This document shows positions 50,076 to 62,161 of a DNA stretch of 64,000 nucleotides, piece after piece. The DNA lies in the NCBI GenBank assembly GCA_938084645.1, contig CALKEP010000033.1, positions 1 through 64,000 on the forward strand, read 5' to 3'. Made by a program: the position numbers and the translations under genes. Numbering within the stretch: the stretch's first letter is position 1; each line of letters opens with the position of its first letter. Source of the stretch: an uncultured Phycisphaerales bacterium. GTDB taxonomy: Bacteria; Planctomycetota; Phycisphaerae; Phycisphaerales; SM1A02. The notes beneath the pieces were generated by a model, which was given only the letters and a program-made list of their open reading frames with translations, was not told the DNA's origin and made no database searches.

Positions 50076-50246
50076 ATGCCGGCCACCACCATCAACGTCA
50101 GTTCCTGCATCCAACTCGTGCTCGCGAATCTGGCGACGGATGACATCGAGGCGGCGAAGGTGCTTCGTGAGAAGATCCGTCACGTCGAGCAGGCGGGTGA
50201 GACCTGGCTGACCGTCGCGGAGGACGTGCTTCTCGACTCGTTCTAG
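50076..50246 (+). CDS. 56-aa helical hypothetical protein (paralogue B)
   Basis: AAGGAG SD 6 nt before ATG; ungapped 21/56 identity to 48288-48458. Confidence 0.75.
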   Translation: MPATTINVSSCIQLVLANLATDDIEAAKVLREKIRHVEQAGETWLTVAEDVLLDSF

Positions 50247-50302
50247 GTTCGGACGCCCGGTTCGAACGGGGAGGGAGACGGAAGCGCGGGCCTCCGGCAG
50301 GT

Positions 50303-52756
50303 TCAGCCCCGACGGCCGCGGCGGCCTCGGCCCTTGCCCTTGCCGGCCTTTCGATTCCGTCCCTCTTTCCAGCCACCTTCGGTGCCGCGGGTGCCTCGGC
50401 CGGTGAACTCACGGTTCTTCCGCCCTTGCCCCGCCGCCGGGGCGCTCTCCACCGTCGGCGCTCGTTCGACGAATCGCACCACGAGGAGATCCAGTTCGCG
50501 GGCCGCGGGATCGGCTCGAAGGATCCGGACCGTGACCTGGTCGCCCAGGGCGATGCTCGCGCCACTTCGCGTCGCGATCAACCGACCGGTGCGACGGTCG
50601 TGCGACCATCGTTCGTCCCGGCCTCGGTCGTCCCCGGGCGAGGAGAGGCTGGCCATGCCGTCGACGAGGTACCGGTCGAGGCTCACGAACAGGCCGCCGT
50701 TCGGGCGGATGTTGGTGACCACGCCGGGAAGTTCGTCTCCAAGGTGCTTTTCCTCGAGGAACTGGATGACGAGGAAGGTGCGCAGGTCGCGTTCCGCGCT
50801 CGCCGCCGCGACCTCCATCTCGGAGCAGTGCAGTCCGATCTCGAGCAGCTTGCCTTCGTCGACGACCCGGGAGTCGCCTTCGAGGATCGACCGGAGTCGT
50901 CCGCGGGCCTTGCCGCCGCCCGCGCGGCGGCCGTTCTCGGTGTGGTCGAGGTACGCGTCGATCGCACGGTGCACGGTGAGGTCGGGATACCGTCGGATCG
51001 GACTGGTGAAGTGGGCGTAGTGATCGCTCGCGAGCGCGAAGTGGCCGATGATCGCCGGGGAGTAGGTCGCCTTGGTGAGCGTGCGCAGGACGGCGAAGTG
51101 GATGCCTCGGGCGGTCGGGCTCGAACGGGTCGCGTCGAGCAACGACTTGATGTCCGATCGATCCGGTTCCTCGGGCAGATTGAAGCCGATCGCCCGGGCG
51201 TGCTCGCGCAGGTCCTCGATGTCGTGGAACGTGGGCTCGGGATGGACGCGGCGGAGCAGCGGGAGATTCAGGTCGGAGAAGACCCTCGCCACCGCTTCGT
51301 TGGCCTCCACCATGAACATCTCGATGATGGTGTGGGTGAACGCATCGTCCTCGGGCTGCGCATCGACGACGTGGCCGTCGTCGTCGAAGACGAGTTCGAA
51401 CTCCGGAAGCCCCAGCACCAGCATGCCGGCGCGAAGTCGACGGCCGCGAATGGTCTTCGCGAGTCGATCGGCGAGGCGGAGCGCGTCGAGCAGGTCGTTC
51501 TCGTACGCGGGCTCCGACTTGGAATGCCGTCGAGCCTCCTTCTGGTCACCGTCGATCAGGGCCTGGGCCTCGAGGTAGGTGAGCCGCTTCCGCGACCGGA
51601 TCAAGGTCCGGGCGAGCCTGGTGTCCAGAACCCGGCCTCGCGAGTCGAGGGTGATGAACGCGCTCTTCGTGAAACGCGGAACGCCCTCCTGCAGGGAGCA
51701 GACGCCGTTCGAGAGCGTCTCGGGGATCATCGGAAGCACCCGTCGCGGAAGGTAGACGCTGTTTCCCCGGCGCTGTGCCTCCAGATCGATCTCGCTCCCC
51801 GCCTCGACGAAGCTCGCGACGTCCGCGATGTGGACCCCGAGCTCCCATTCCCCGGTCGATTCGTCGAACTCGATGGAGATCGCGTCGTCGAAGTCCTTGG
51901 CGTCGGGGGGGTCGATCGTGAAGACCAGTCGGCCCGTGAGATCCTCGCGATCACCCTCGGGATCCGCCGCATTCCGCTCGAAGGACGCGGCCGCGTTGCG
52001 GGCCTCGTCGAGCAGGGCGTCGGAGAATCCCTCACGCAGTCCGTAACTCTCGATCACGGCGCGGGTCTCGACGTCGGGTTCGCCCGCGACGCCGAGAACC
52101 TCGGTGATCGCGGCCTCGCCGACCGTGAACTCGTCGGGGTGGATCACGAGTTCGAAGACGACCTTGTCGCCCGCCTTCGCGTTCTTCGCATGCGGGTCGC
52201 GCACGATCACGGGAGCCTGCAGCATGCGGCCGTCGGGATCGATGAACCAGCTCCGGCCGCGCTTGACGAGCGTTCCGGCGAACCGGGTCTGGCCGCGTTC
52301 GAGGATTTCGACCACCCGTCCCGTGACCGAACGCCGCAGCGACTCGCCGGTGGGGGCTTTCGACTTCACGGCCCCTCGTCCCCGGTCCCGGCGTGATTCG
52401 CCACGACGCAGGACTCGGCAGCGGACCCGGTCACCCGAGATCGCGTCGCTGTTCTCCCCGCGGGGAACGAAGAGATCTCCCTCGCGATGGGGATGGTCGG
52501 GACGGACGAACGCGAATCCCTTCGGGTGGACCTTGATCGATCCCTCGACCTCGTCGCCGTAGGCGGGCAGTCGGAGGTTGTCGTCGCCGCCGACTTCGAT
52601 GCGGCCCTGCTCGACGAGCAGATCGACCGCCTGCTCGAAGATGGCGGCGTCTTCGCCGGGGATCTGCATCCGACGTTCGATCTCGCTGATCGGGGCCGGG
52701 CGGTAGTTGTCGTGGGTCAGATGGGCGAGAATCCGCCCGGAAAAGCGTGATGGCAT
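50303..52756 (-). CDS. rnr: Ribonuclease R (RNB family)
   Basis: CSD HPKGFAF, TIDPPDAKDFDDA, HIADV, HFTSPIRRYPDL, S1 domain, basic tail. Confidence 0.93.
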   Translation of the reverse strand: MPSRFSGRILAHLTHDNYRPAPISEIERRMQIPGEDAAIFEQAVDLLVEQGRIEVGGDDNLRLPAYGDEVEGSIKVHPKGFAFVRPDHPHREGDLFVPRGENSDAISGDRVRCRVLRRGESRRDRGRGAVKSKAPTGESLRRSVTGRVVEILERGQTRFAGTLVKRGRSWFIDPDGRMLQAPVIVRDPHAKNAKAGDKVVFELVIHPDEFTVGEAAITEVLGVAGEPDVETRAVIESYGLREGFSDALLDEARNAAASFERNAADPEGDREDLTGRLVFTIDPPDAKDFDDAISIEFDESTGEWELGVHIADVASFVEAGSEIDLEAQRRGNSVYLPRRVLPMIPETLSNGVCSLQEGVPRFTKSAFITLDSRGRVLDTRLARTLIRSRKRLTYLEAQALIDGDQKEARRHSKSEPAYENDLLDALRLADRLAKTIRGRRLRAGMLVLGLPEFELVFDDDGHVVDAQPEDDAFTHTIIEMFMVEANEAVARVFSDLNLPLLRRVHPEPTFHDIEDLREHARAIGFNLPEEPDRSDIKSLLDATRSSPTARGIHFAVLRTLTKATYSPAIIGHFALASDHYAHFTSPIRRYPDLTVHRAIDAYLDHTENGRRAGGGKARGRLRSILEGDSRVVDEGKLLEIGLHCSEMEVAAASAERDLRTFLVIQFLEEKHLGDELPGVVTNIRPNGGLFVSLDRYLVDGMASLSSPGDDRGRDERWSHDRRTGRLIATRSGASIALGDQVTVRILRADPAARELDLLVVRFVERAPTVESAPAAGQGRKNREFTGRGTRGTEGGWKEGRNRKAGKGKGRGRRGRRG

Positions 52757-52824
52757 GAGGGGATGCTACCGGGCGGGTCGTCCGCTCGTTCGTCGCAGGG
52801 CCCTGCGTTCGCGGAGGAGGCCGG

Positions 52825-53358
52825 TCACTTCTTCTTTCGCGAGGCGGCGGGCTTGGTGGATTTGGGCCGGGAAGCGGTGGTCTTCGAGGCTGACTTCTTC
52901 TTCGCCCCGGACTTCTTCGAAGGCTTGGAGGGCTTGGCGGGGTCGCCGCCGGTCTTCTGCTTCTGGTCGGCTTTTCGCTGACGACGGGCCGCGTCGACCA
53001 GATTTCCCACTCCGCGACCCTCGCGAGCCTCGTGGGTGGGCGTGGAGGTCGAGCCGGAGATTTTCTTTTCGGGTGGATTGGCGGAGGAATCGTCCGAGGA
53101 CGTCGTCTTGGAATCGCCGGCATCCGACGACGCGTCGGTCTTGGACGTCTCGGTCCCGCTCGTCGTCCGTTGCGAGGATTCCGATTCGGGCGCGGCGGCG
53201 CCGGAACCTCCGACCAGAATCGCCGCGCCGATTCCGATCAGGCGTCGAAGCTTTCGCTTCCGGCATTCGGGACAGGTCTTCTCAGGATCGGAGGTGATCG
53301 ACTGGAAGAGTTCGAAGGCGTGTCCGCAGGCGTCACAGACGTAGTCGTAGGTCGGCAT
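52825..53358 (-). CDS. FmdB-family zinc-ribbon protein with long low-complexity/basic tail
   Basis: MPTYDYVCDACGHAFE...CPEC. Confidence 0.85.
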   Translation of the reverse strand: MPTYDYVCDACGHAFELFQSITSDPEKTCPECRKRKLRRLIGIGAAILVGGSGAAAPESESSQRTTSGTETSKTDASSDAGDSKTTSSDDSSANPPEKKISGSTSTPTHEAREGRGVGNLVDAARRQRKADQKQKTGGDPAKPSKPSKKSGAKKKSASKTTASRPKSTKPAASRKKK

Positions 53359-53372
53359 CGTGGGGCTCGGGA

Positions 53373-53993
53373 TCAGGCCGTCGGGGGTTCCGCGACGAGC
53401 ATCACCTTGGCGGGTCGGAGCACGACGTCGCCCATGGCGTAGCCGGGCGAGACGTTGATCGCGACGCTCCCGGCTTCCAGGTTCTCGTCGCCGGCTTCGA
53501 ACGGCTTGACGCCGACGGCCTCGTGCTGCCCGGGCTCGAAGGCGGCTCCGGGATCGGCGGTGATGATCGTCACGCCGTTGGATTCGAGCGCCCGGACGAT
53601 CTCGCCGCGGACCATTCCGACGCCGGTCACGACCTGTTCGATCGTGGCGCTGGCACCGACGGACTGCAGGGCGAGGTCGAAGTGATCGAGGGCCGGAAGA
53701 AGCGAACGCACCACGCCGGAGAGTCCTTCCTTCTTCGCGCGGCCTTCGTTCTCGATCGACCGTCGCTGGAAGTTGCGGAAGTCCGCGAGGGCCCGCATCC
53801 GTCCCTCTTCCGCGGTGTTCGCCTGGGCGACGAGCCGGGCGATCAGCAGGACGATCTCCTCCGGCGTCGCGTCGATCGTCTCGTCCGAGACGCCGAGCTC
53901 CACGAGGATCGCCTCGTGCTCGACGGGATCGATCGCGTCGGCGCCGTCGTTTTCGTTGTCGGGTTCGAGCGTGGTGTCAGGTTCGGTCGTCAT
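53373..53993 (-). CDS. grpE: Nucleotide exchange factor GrpE
   Basis: ADFRNFQRR, FEPGQHEAV, GY-MGDVVLRPAKV. Confidence 0.92.
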   Translation of the reverse strand: MTTEPDTTLEPDNENDGADAIDPVEHEAILVELGVSDETIDATPEEIVLLIARLVAQANTAEEGRMRALADFRNFQRRSIENEGRAKKEGLSGVVRSLLPALDHFDLALQSVGASATIEQVVTGVGMVRGEIVRALESNGVTIITADPGAAFEPGQHEAVGVKPFEAGDENLEAGSVAINVSPGYAMGDVVLRPAKVMLVAEPPTA

Positions 53994-54051
53994 GTCGGGC
54001 CAATCGGATGATCGGGCGGTGGGGATCGGAGACCCCGCCGGCCTTCGAAAC

Positions 54052-55191
54052 TCAGGAGAAGGAGTCCTTGATTCTCGTCCAGAGACTCGGTTCCGCGTCG
54101 TTGATCTCGAGTTCCTCGGTCTCAGCGTACTTCGAGAGGAGGTTGCGCTGGTCCTCGTTGAGCTTTCTGGGAACGACGAGTTGAAGCACGGCCACGAGTT
54201 CGCCACGGTCGCCGCCACGGAGTCGCGGACATCCGTGGCCGGGGATCCGGTGGATCTCGCCGTGCTGGGTTCCCGCGGGGATCTCCAGTTCCACCGCCCC
54301 GCCCTCGAGGAGCGGGACTTCGAGCGTGGCGCCGAGCGCCGCCTGGGCGAACGCGACCGGGACCACGGTCACGAGGTCGTTGCCGTCCCGCTGGAAGCGG
54401 TCGTGCTCCTCGACGCCCACCACGACGTGGAGGTCGCCCCGGGGGCCGTCGCCGGCCGGAAGGTCCTCGGGACGGGGCGGCTCGCCCTCGCCCTGCACGC
54501 GGATCGCCTGCCCGTGGGAGATCCCGGCGGGCACGCGAACCTCGAGGGTCCGCTTGACCGAGATGCGCCCCGCGCCGCGGCAGTCGCCGCAGTGCTCGGT
54601 CACGACTTCGCCGCGGCCTCGGCAGTTCGGGCAGGCCACCACCATCCGGAACATCCCGCCGAGACCCGCCTGCTCGACCTTGCCGACGCCGTCGCAGGTC
54701 GGGCACTTGACCGGCCGGGTTCCGGGCTTCGCACCGATGCCCTCGCAGGTGTCGCAGACGTCCAGTCGTCGGAACTCCACTTCGCGGGTCGTGCCTTCGA
54801 GCACCTCCTCGAGTTCGATCTCGATCTGGGTCTCGAGGTCGTAGCCTCGGACCGGGCCGCGCCGGGCGCGTCCTCGGCCACCGCCGCCACCTCCGAAGAT
54901 GTCGTTGAACATCGAGAAGATGTCGTCCGGATTCATCCGGTTGAAGTCGTGTCCGGGGGTGCTTCGCAGTCCTTCGTGTCCGAACTGGTCGTACCGGCCA
55001 CGGCGATCGGGATCCGAGAGGACCTCGTACGCTTCGGCGCATTCCTTGAAGGACTTCTCTGCTTCCGCGTCACCCGGGTTGCGATCCGGGTGGAACTTCA
55101 TCGCGAGCCGACGATACGACCGCTTGATCTCGTCCCCGGAGGCGGATCGTTCCACGGAGAGGACTTCGTAGTAGCAGCGGGTGGTGCTCAT
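54052..55191 (-). CDS. dnaJ: Chaperone DnaJ
   Basis: J domain HPD; four CxxCxGxG zinc motifs. Confidence 0.97.
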   Translation of the reverse strand: MSTTRCYYEVLSVERSASGDEIKRSYRRLAMKFHPDRNPGDAEAEKSFKECAEAYEVLSDPDRRGRYDQFGHEGLRSTPGHDFNRMNPDDIFSMFNDIFGGGGGGRGRARRGPVRGYDLETQIEIELEEVLEGTTREVEFRRLDVCDTCEGIGAKPGTRPVKCPTCDGVGKVEQAGLGGMFRMVVACPNCRGRGEVVTEHCGDCRGAGRISVKRTLEVRVPAGISHGQAIRVQGEGEPPRPEDLPAGDGPRGDLHVVVGVEEHDRFQRDGNDLVTVVPVAFAQAALGATLEVPLLEGGAVELEIPAGTQHGEIHRIPGHGCPRLRGGDRGELVAVLQLVVPRKLNEDQRNLLSKYAETEELEINDAEPSLWTRIKDSFS

Positions 55192-55282
55192 CCGGATCGT
55201 TTCCCGGAGACGGGGGAGTCGAGAACGCGGGGAGAGCCGGTCGAATCACCGGGCCCTCCCCGCGTCGCGTTCCGGCGAGGAA

Positions 55283-56896
55283 TCAGCTGACGGCTCCCTC
55301 GACGGGATCGGTGTCGTCCTTCAGCTCGGTGAGGGCGACGTCGGTGGTCAGCATGAGTCCCGCGACGCTCGCCGCGTTGGAGAGCGCGGTGGTGGCGACC
55401 AGGGCGGGGTCGATGATCCCCGCCTTCACGAGGTCCTCGTACTTGCCGGTGGAGGCGTTGAATCCATGTCCGCCCTTGCCGTCGCGGATCTTGGACACCA
55501 CGAGATCGCCGTCCACGCCCGCATTCGCGGCGATGCGGAACGTCGGCGCCTCGAGGGCCTCCGCGAGGATGTCGAAGCCGAATCGCTCGTCGCCCTTGGC
55601 CTTGCGACGGTTCTCCTCGATCGCGGAGATCGCCCGAAGGAACGCGACGCCGCCGCCGGGGACGTATCCCTCCTTGGCCGCGGCACGAGTCGCGGAAAGG
55701 GCGTCGTCGACGCGATCCTTCCGCTCCTTCATTTCGAGTTCGGTGGCACCACCGACCGAGAGGATCGCGACGCCACCGGTCAGCTTCGCGAGCCGTTCCT
55801 GGAGCTTCTCGCGGTCGTAGTCGCTGGTGGATCGCTCGTACTGGGCCGAGATCTGGGAGGCCCGGCTCGCGATGTCCTTCTTCTTGCCGGCGCCCTCGAT
55901 GAGGGTGGTGTCGTCCTTGGTGACGATGACCTTGCGGGCGGCGCCGAGCTCGGCGAGCTCGATGTCCTCGAGGCTGCGACCGAGGTCTTCGCTGAAGAAG
56001 GTGCCACCGGTGAGGGTCGCGATGTCGCCGAGCATCGCCTTGCGACGGTCGCCGAAGCCGGGAGCCTTCACCGCACAGACCTCGAGCACGCCGCGCAGTC
56101 GGTTCACGACGAGGGCCGCGAGGGCCTCGTTGTCGACGTCTTCGGCGATGATGAGGAGCGGCTTGCCCGCACCCGCGATCTTGTTGAGCAGGGGCAGCAG
56201 GTCCGCGAGGTTCGAGATCTTCTTCTCGTGGATCAGGATCATCGGCTTCTCGATGATCGCCTCGGCCCGCTTGGGATCGGTCATGAAGTAAGGGCTCAGG
56301 TAGCCCTTGTCGAAGTTCATGCCCTCGACGTAGTCGAGCGTGGTGTCGGCCGTCTTGCCCTCTTCGATCTCGACCACGCCTTCGGCACCGACCTTGTCGA
56401 TCGCTTCCGCGATCAGGCCGCCGATCTCGGCGTCGTGGTTCGCGCTGACGGTCGCGATCTTCTGGAGATCGGACTTGCCCTTGCACTTCGAGGCGAAGTC
56501 GTTGATGGCGTCGCAGGCGATCGAGGCGGCGGCGTTGATGCCGCGCTGGACCGCGACCGCGTTCGCGCCGGATGCGACGGTGCGGAGGCCACGACTGTAG
56601 ATCGCCGAGGCGAGCACGGTGGCGGCGGTGGTGCCGTCACCCGCGACGTCGGCGGTCTTCTTCGCGACCTGCTGGACCATCTTCGCGCCCATGTTCTCGA
56701 ACGGGCCGGGGAGATCGATCTCCTTGGCGACGCTGACGCCGTCCTTGGTGACCGAGGGGCCGCCGTAGGACTTCTCCATCACCACGTTGTGGCCGCTGGG
56801 GCCCATGGTGACGGCGACCGCGGACGCGAGCTTGTCCACGCCCTTCTTGAACTCCGCCTGGGCGGAGATGTCGAACTTCATCTGCTTGGTGGTCAT
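55283..56896 (-). CDS. groL: Chaperonin GroEL (copy 2, no GGM tail)
   Basis: [37 protein letters not shown]. Confidence 0.97.
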   Translation of the reverse strand: MTTKQMKFDISAQAEFKKGVDKLASAVAVTMGPSGHNVVMEKSYGGPSVTKDGVSVAKEIDLPGPFENMGAKMVQQVAKKTADVAGDGTTAATVLASAIYSRGLRTVASGANAVAVQRGINAAASIACDAINDFASKCKGKSDLQKIATVSANHDAEIGGLIAEAIDKVGAEGVVEIEEGKTADTTLDYVEGMNFDKGYLSPYFMTDPKRAEAIIEKPMILIHEKKISNLADLLPLLNKIAGAGKPLLIIAEDVDNEALAALVVNRLRGVLEVCAVKAPGFGDRRKAMLGDIATLTGGTFFSEDLGRSLEDIELAELGAARKVIVTKDDTTLIEGAGKKKDIASRASQISAQYERSTSDYDREKLQERLAKLTGGVAILSVGGATELEMKERKDRVDDALSATRAAAKEGYVPGGGVAFLRAISAIEENRRKAKGDERFGFDILAEALEAPTFRIAANAGVDGDLVVSKIRDGKGGHGFNASTGKYEDLVKAGIIDPALVATTALSNAASVAGLMLTTDVALTELKDDTDPVEGAVS

Positions 56897-56978
56897 CGGG
56901 GTGCTTCCCGTGGAGTCATTGTTGAGGTGTGGAGGTGGCTTCGGGGATCGCCGCCGCTCGGGCGGGCGCGATCGTCCC

Positions 56979-57269
56979 TCAGCCCTCGATCACACCGAGG
57001 AGTTCGCTTTCGCGGACGATGAGATGGGTGATGTTCTTGATCTCGACCTCGGTGCCGGAGTACTTGCCGTAGACGACGGTGTCGCCCTTCTTGACGCCGG
57101 GCTTCACGCGCTCGCCGTTGTCGAGGAGCTTGCCGGGCCCGAGGGACACGACCTTGCCCTGCATGGGCTTCTCCTTGGCGCTCTCCGGGAGGAAGATCCC
57201 GGACTTGGTCTTGGTCTCGGCTTCGAGCGGCTTGATGAGGATTCGATCCTCGAGGGGGCGGACTGCCAT
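56979..57269 (-). CDS. groS: Co-chaperonin GroES
   Basis: [29 protein letters not shown]. Confidence 0.97.
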   Translation of the reverse strand: MAVRPLEDRILIKPLEAETKTKSGIFLPESAKEKPMQGKVVSLGPGKLLDNGERVKPGVKKGDTVVYGKYSGTEVEIKNITHLIVRESELLGVIEG

Positions 57270-57352
57270 GGTGTGTTCTCCAGTTCGATCGTCGCGTCGG
57301 AACGCGGATGTGTCTTGTTCGAAAGTCGTACGTGTGATGCGGGGCGACCGGC

Positions 57353-59179
<1,827 letters not shown>

Positions 59180-59450
59180 TCATCGGGGGCCCGGACGTCA
59201 GATCGCCGGGCGAACCGAGGGAAGAACAAGAACCGCGCCAAAACGCGGGGGCGGATGTCTGGTCGCAGGACTTGATGGCTGGATCTCACCGAGCATGCCA
59301 GCCGTGGGGCATCAGGCCGGTTCTACCGCCCTCGCGGGGTTTCAAAGGGGAATCCCGGGGCAGGGATGCGGGGTCGGGAACGACGCGGCCCCGCCGGCAC
59401 CTCCCCGGAGCGGGCTCGCCACGCGACACGGAATGATCGGTCGGCGATGG

Positions 59451-59471
59451 CGGCTGCCATGCTGGCAGCCG
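59451..59471. promoter_or_regulatory. Perfect 9-bp inverted repeat (terminator of upstream gene or operator of chaperone operon)
   Basis: CGGCTGCCA-TGC-TGGCAGCCG. Confidence 0.4.
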
Positions 59472-59476
59472 ACTCG

Positions 59477-60322
59477 TCAATCCCGGTTCGGTCGCATCGG
59501 ACTGGATACCAGATCCTGATACCGGTGCTTCTCTCGGAGCAGGGGAAGCGTCGCCCAGAACGCATTGGCGACCAGGTAGAACGTGCCGATGAGCACGAGC
59601 GTCGACGCCGTGAGGCCGAGGATCCTGACGGTCTCGAAATCACCGATCACGGCGGCGACCAACTCGACGCCGACCGCGAGCAGGAGCGGCGTTCGCGTCT
59701 GGATCGCGGTTCCGGCCTGGCGGTAGGCCAGGGCTCTCCGGCCCGCCCGGTCGAGCACGTCGCAGAGCCCGAGGACGATGCCGATCATCGCGGCCGATCG
59801 TGTGACGGGCACCGCCCAATCGGAGGCGAACGGTCCGAGACTGGTCACCAGGATCGCGACGACCCCGCCGGAGATCAGGGCCAGGAGGGCGGTGGGCGAC
59901 GTCATGCCGGGCCATGAATACCGGGCTCGTATCGTCAGGGTCACCGCCACCACGACCATGACGGCGCCGATCATGCCGATGATCCACGACGTGTCCCGAG
60001 GCAGCGGATCGGTGATTCCGAACGCGGCGGTCGTGGTCGACCACCAGGCGGCCGTGGATCCCAACGCCCAGATCAGGGCGGCGATGGCCAGCGTGCCCAC
60101 GGCGGTGGAGACCAATCTTGGACTCGCGAGCGCCGATCCATCGATGGTTTCGAGGTCGATCGAGGCATGGAGGGATGCTTCGACCGGAAGCCCGCATTCC
60201 GGGCACCGATCGGTGATCGCCCGGCCGATCAGCGTGTATCGACAGTCACGGCAGGGGAGCTCCGCCACGATTCGCCCACCCTCGGCATCGGATTGTGCAC
60301 CAGAATCGTCGAGATCCGCCAT
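59477..60322 (-). CDS. Membrane protein with N-terminal zinc ribbon
   Basis: CRDCRY...CPECG followed by several TM helices; GGAGG SD. Confidence 0.7.
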   Translation of the reverse strand: MADLDDSGAQSDAEGGRIVAELPCRDCRYTLIGRAITDRCPECGLPVEASLHASIDLETIDGSALASPRLVSTAVGTLAIAALIWALGSTAAWWSTTTAAFGITDPLPRDTSWIIGMIGAVMVVVAVTLTIRARYSWPGMTSPTALLALISGGVVAILVTSLGPFASDWAVPVTRSAAMIGIVLGLCDVLDRAGRRALAYRQAGTAIQTRTPLLLAVGVELVAAVIGDFETVRILGLTASTLVLIGTFYLVANAFWATLPLLREKHRYQDLVSSPMRPNRD

Positions 60323-60452
60323 TCGGCCTCCCGGGGCGGAACCCCGCCACAGGGTCGATTCTCGATCGGTCCTTGTCAACAGAATTCGAGACCCGGGTGG
60401 AAGCCTCGATCGGGGATCTTCTTCGGCGCTCGACTCGTATACTCGACGATCC

Positions 60453-61382
60453 ATGCAGGACTCCCTGAACAAGTTGCGTGAGTCGATCGCCTCCGTCTAC
60501 ATGGGCAACGCCCGAGTGGTGGACCGGCTCGTGGCCTGCCTGCTCGCCCGTGGCCACGTCCTCGTCGAGGACGTGCCCGGGGTCGGCAAGACGGTGCTGG
60601 CGAACGCGCTGGCCCGATCGATCCACGCGGACTTCACCCGGATCCAGTGCACGCCGGATCTGCTTCCCACCGACATCACCGGAGCGGCGGTGCTGAATCG
60701 CCAACGCGACGACTTCGAGTTCCGCAAGGGGCCGATCTTCGCCAACATCGTCCTGGCGGACGAGGTCAATCGGACCACGCCTCGCACCCAGTCGGCGATG
60801 CTCGAGGCGATGAGCGAAGGCCAGGTCTCGGCGGAAGGCGCGATGCACCCGCTGCCGGAGCCGTTCATGGTGATCGCGACCCAGAACCCCTACGAGTTCG
60901 AGGGAACCTACTTCCTGCCCGAGAACCAGCTCGACCGCTTCCTGATGCGGATCAATCTCGGGTATCCCGCGCCGGACGACGAGGTTCGGATCCTCGACGT
61001 GCAACCGGCCCGGACCACGCTGAAATCGCTGGATCCGGTGCTCACCCGGGAGGACGTCCTCGCCCTGCAGGCCACCACCGACGCGGTCCGGCTCGATCGA
61101 AGTCTCGCCGACTACATCATCGCGCTCGCGACCGCGACCCGTGAAGACGGTGACCTCCGCGTCGGCCTGAGCCCGCGAGGTTCGCTCGCGATCGCGCAGG
61201 CGGCCCGCGCCACCGCGGTGCTCGCCGGTCGCGACCACTGCATCCCCGAGGACGTGGTCGAGAACGTGCTTCCGGTCTGCGCCCATCGCGTGGTCAGCAA
61301 GACCGCGATGCACGAAGGCGACACCATCACCGCCCGCCGCATCATGCAGCGGATTCTCGAAACCGTTCCGAGTCCGGTGTGA
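60453..61382 (+). CDS. MoxR family AAA+ ATPase
   Basis: [37 protein letters not shown]. Confidence 0.95.
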   Translation: MQDSLNKLRESIASVYMGNARVVDRLVACLLARGHVLVEDVPGVGKTVLANALARSIHADFTRIQCTPDLLPTDITGAAVLNRQRDDFEFRKGPIFANIVLADEVNRTTPRTQSAMLEAMSEGQVSAEGAMHPLPEPFMVIATQNPYEFEGTYFLPENQLDRFLMRINLGYPAPDDEVRILDVQPARTTLKSLDPVLTREDVLALQATTDAVRLDRSLADYIIALATATREDGDLRVGLSPRGSLAIAQAARATAVLAGRDHCIPEDVVENVLPVCAHRVVSKTAMHEGDTITARRIMQRILETVPSPV

Positions 61383-61389
61383 GCTGGCG

Positions 61390-62061
61390 ATGAAGGCGGT
61401 CGTCCTACTTTCCGGCGGTCTCGATTCCGCCACCGTCCTGGCCTGGGCGAAGGCCGAAGGTCGTGAATGCTTCGCGCTCTCGTTCGACTACGGCCAGCGG
61501 CATCGGATCGAACTGGAACGGGCCGCGGAGCTCGCTGATCGGCTCGGCGCTCGCGAACACCGGGTGCTCTCGATCGATCTGCGGGCGTTCGGCGGGTCCG
61601 CGCTCACCGACGACATCGCGGTGCCGAAGGATCGGGTCGACGGTCACGGCCGGACCGCCGGCGAGCCCGCCGAGGCGTCGATCCCCATCACCTACGTGCC
61701 CGCCCGGAACACGATCTTCCTCAGTTTCGCGATGGCCTACGCGGAGGTCCGGGCCGCGGAGGAGATCTGGCTCGGGATCAACGCGATCGACTACTCGGGA
61801 TATCCGGATTGCCGGCCCGAGTACCTCGCCGCGTTCCAGCGAATGTCCGATCTCGCGACCAAGGCCGGCGTGGAAGGGCACGGACCGCGGTTCGTCTCGC
61901 CGCTGGCGGAGCTCGGCAAGGTCGACATCGTCCGAAAGGCGAACGCGCTCGGCGTGCCGATCGATCGGACGTTGAGCTGTTACGACCCCGATGACGACGG
62001 GACGCCTTGCGGAAGGTGCGACTCCTGCATTCTCCGGCAAGCGGCGATCGCCGAAGCCTGA
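61390..62061 (+). CDS. queC: 7-cyano-7-deazaguanine synthase
   Basis: [30 protein letters not shown]...CGRCDSC. Confidence 0.97.
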   Translation: MKAVVLLSGGLDSATVLAWAKAEGRECFALSFDYGQRHRIELERAAELADRLGAREHRVLSIDLRAFGGSALTDDIAVPKDRVDGHGRTAGEPAEASIPITYVPARNTIFLSFAMAYAEVRAAEEIWLGINAIDYSGYPDCRPEYLAAFQRMSDLATKAGVEGHGPRFVSPLAELGKVDIVRKANALGVPIDRTLSCYDPDDDGTPCGRCDSCILRQAAIAEA

Positions 62062-62161
62062 CCGGCCGTCGCGTCGCCCGATGGAATCGCATCGCCCCGC
62101 GGAAGCGATGCTTCCGCGGGGCGATCTCCTACTGGTTCGATTCGGGGACGTCGCCCGCGAA

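Noticed and set aside
48084..50302. Mobile-element or prophage origin for the small-gene/FG-GAP segment
   Set aside because: No transposase, integrase, terminal inverted repeats or obvious compositional shift
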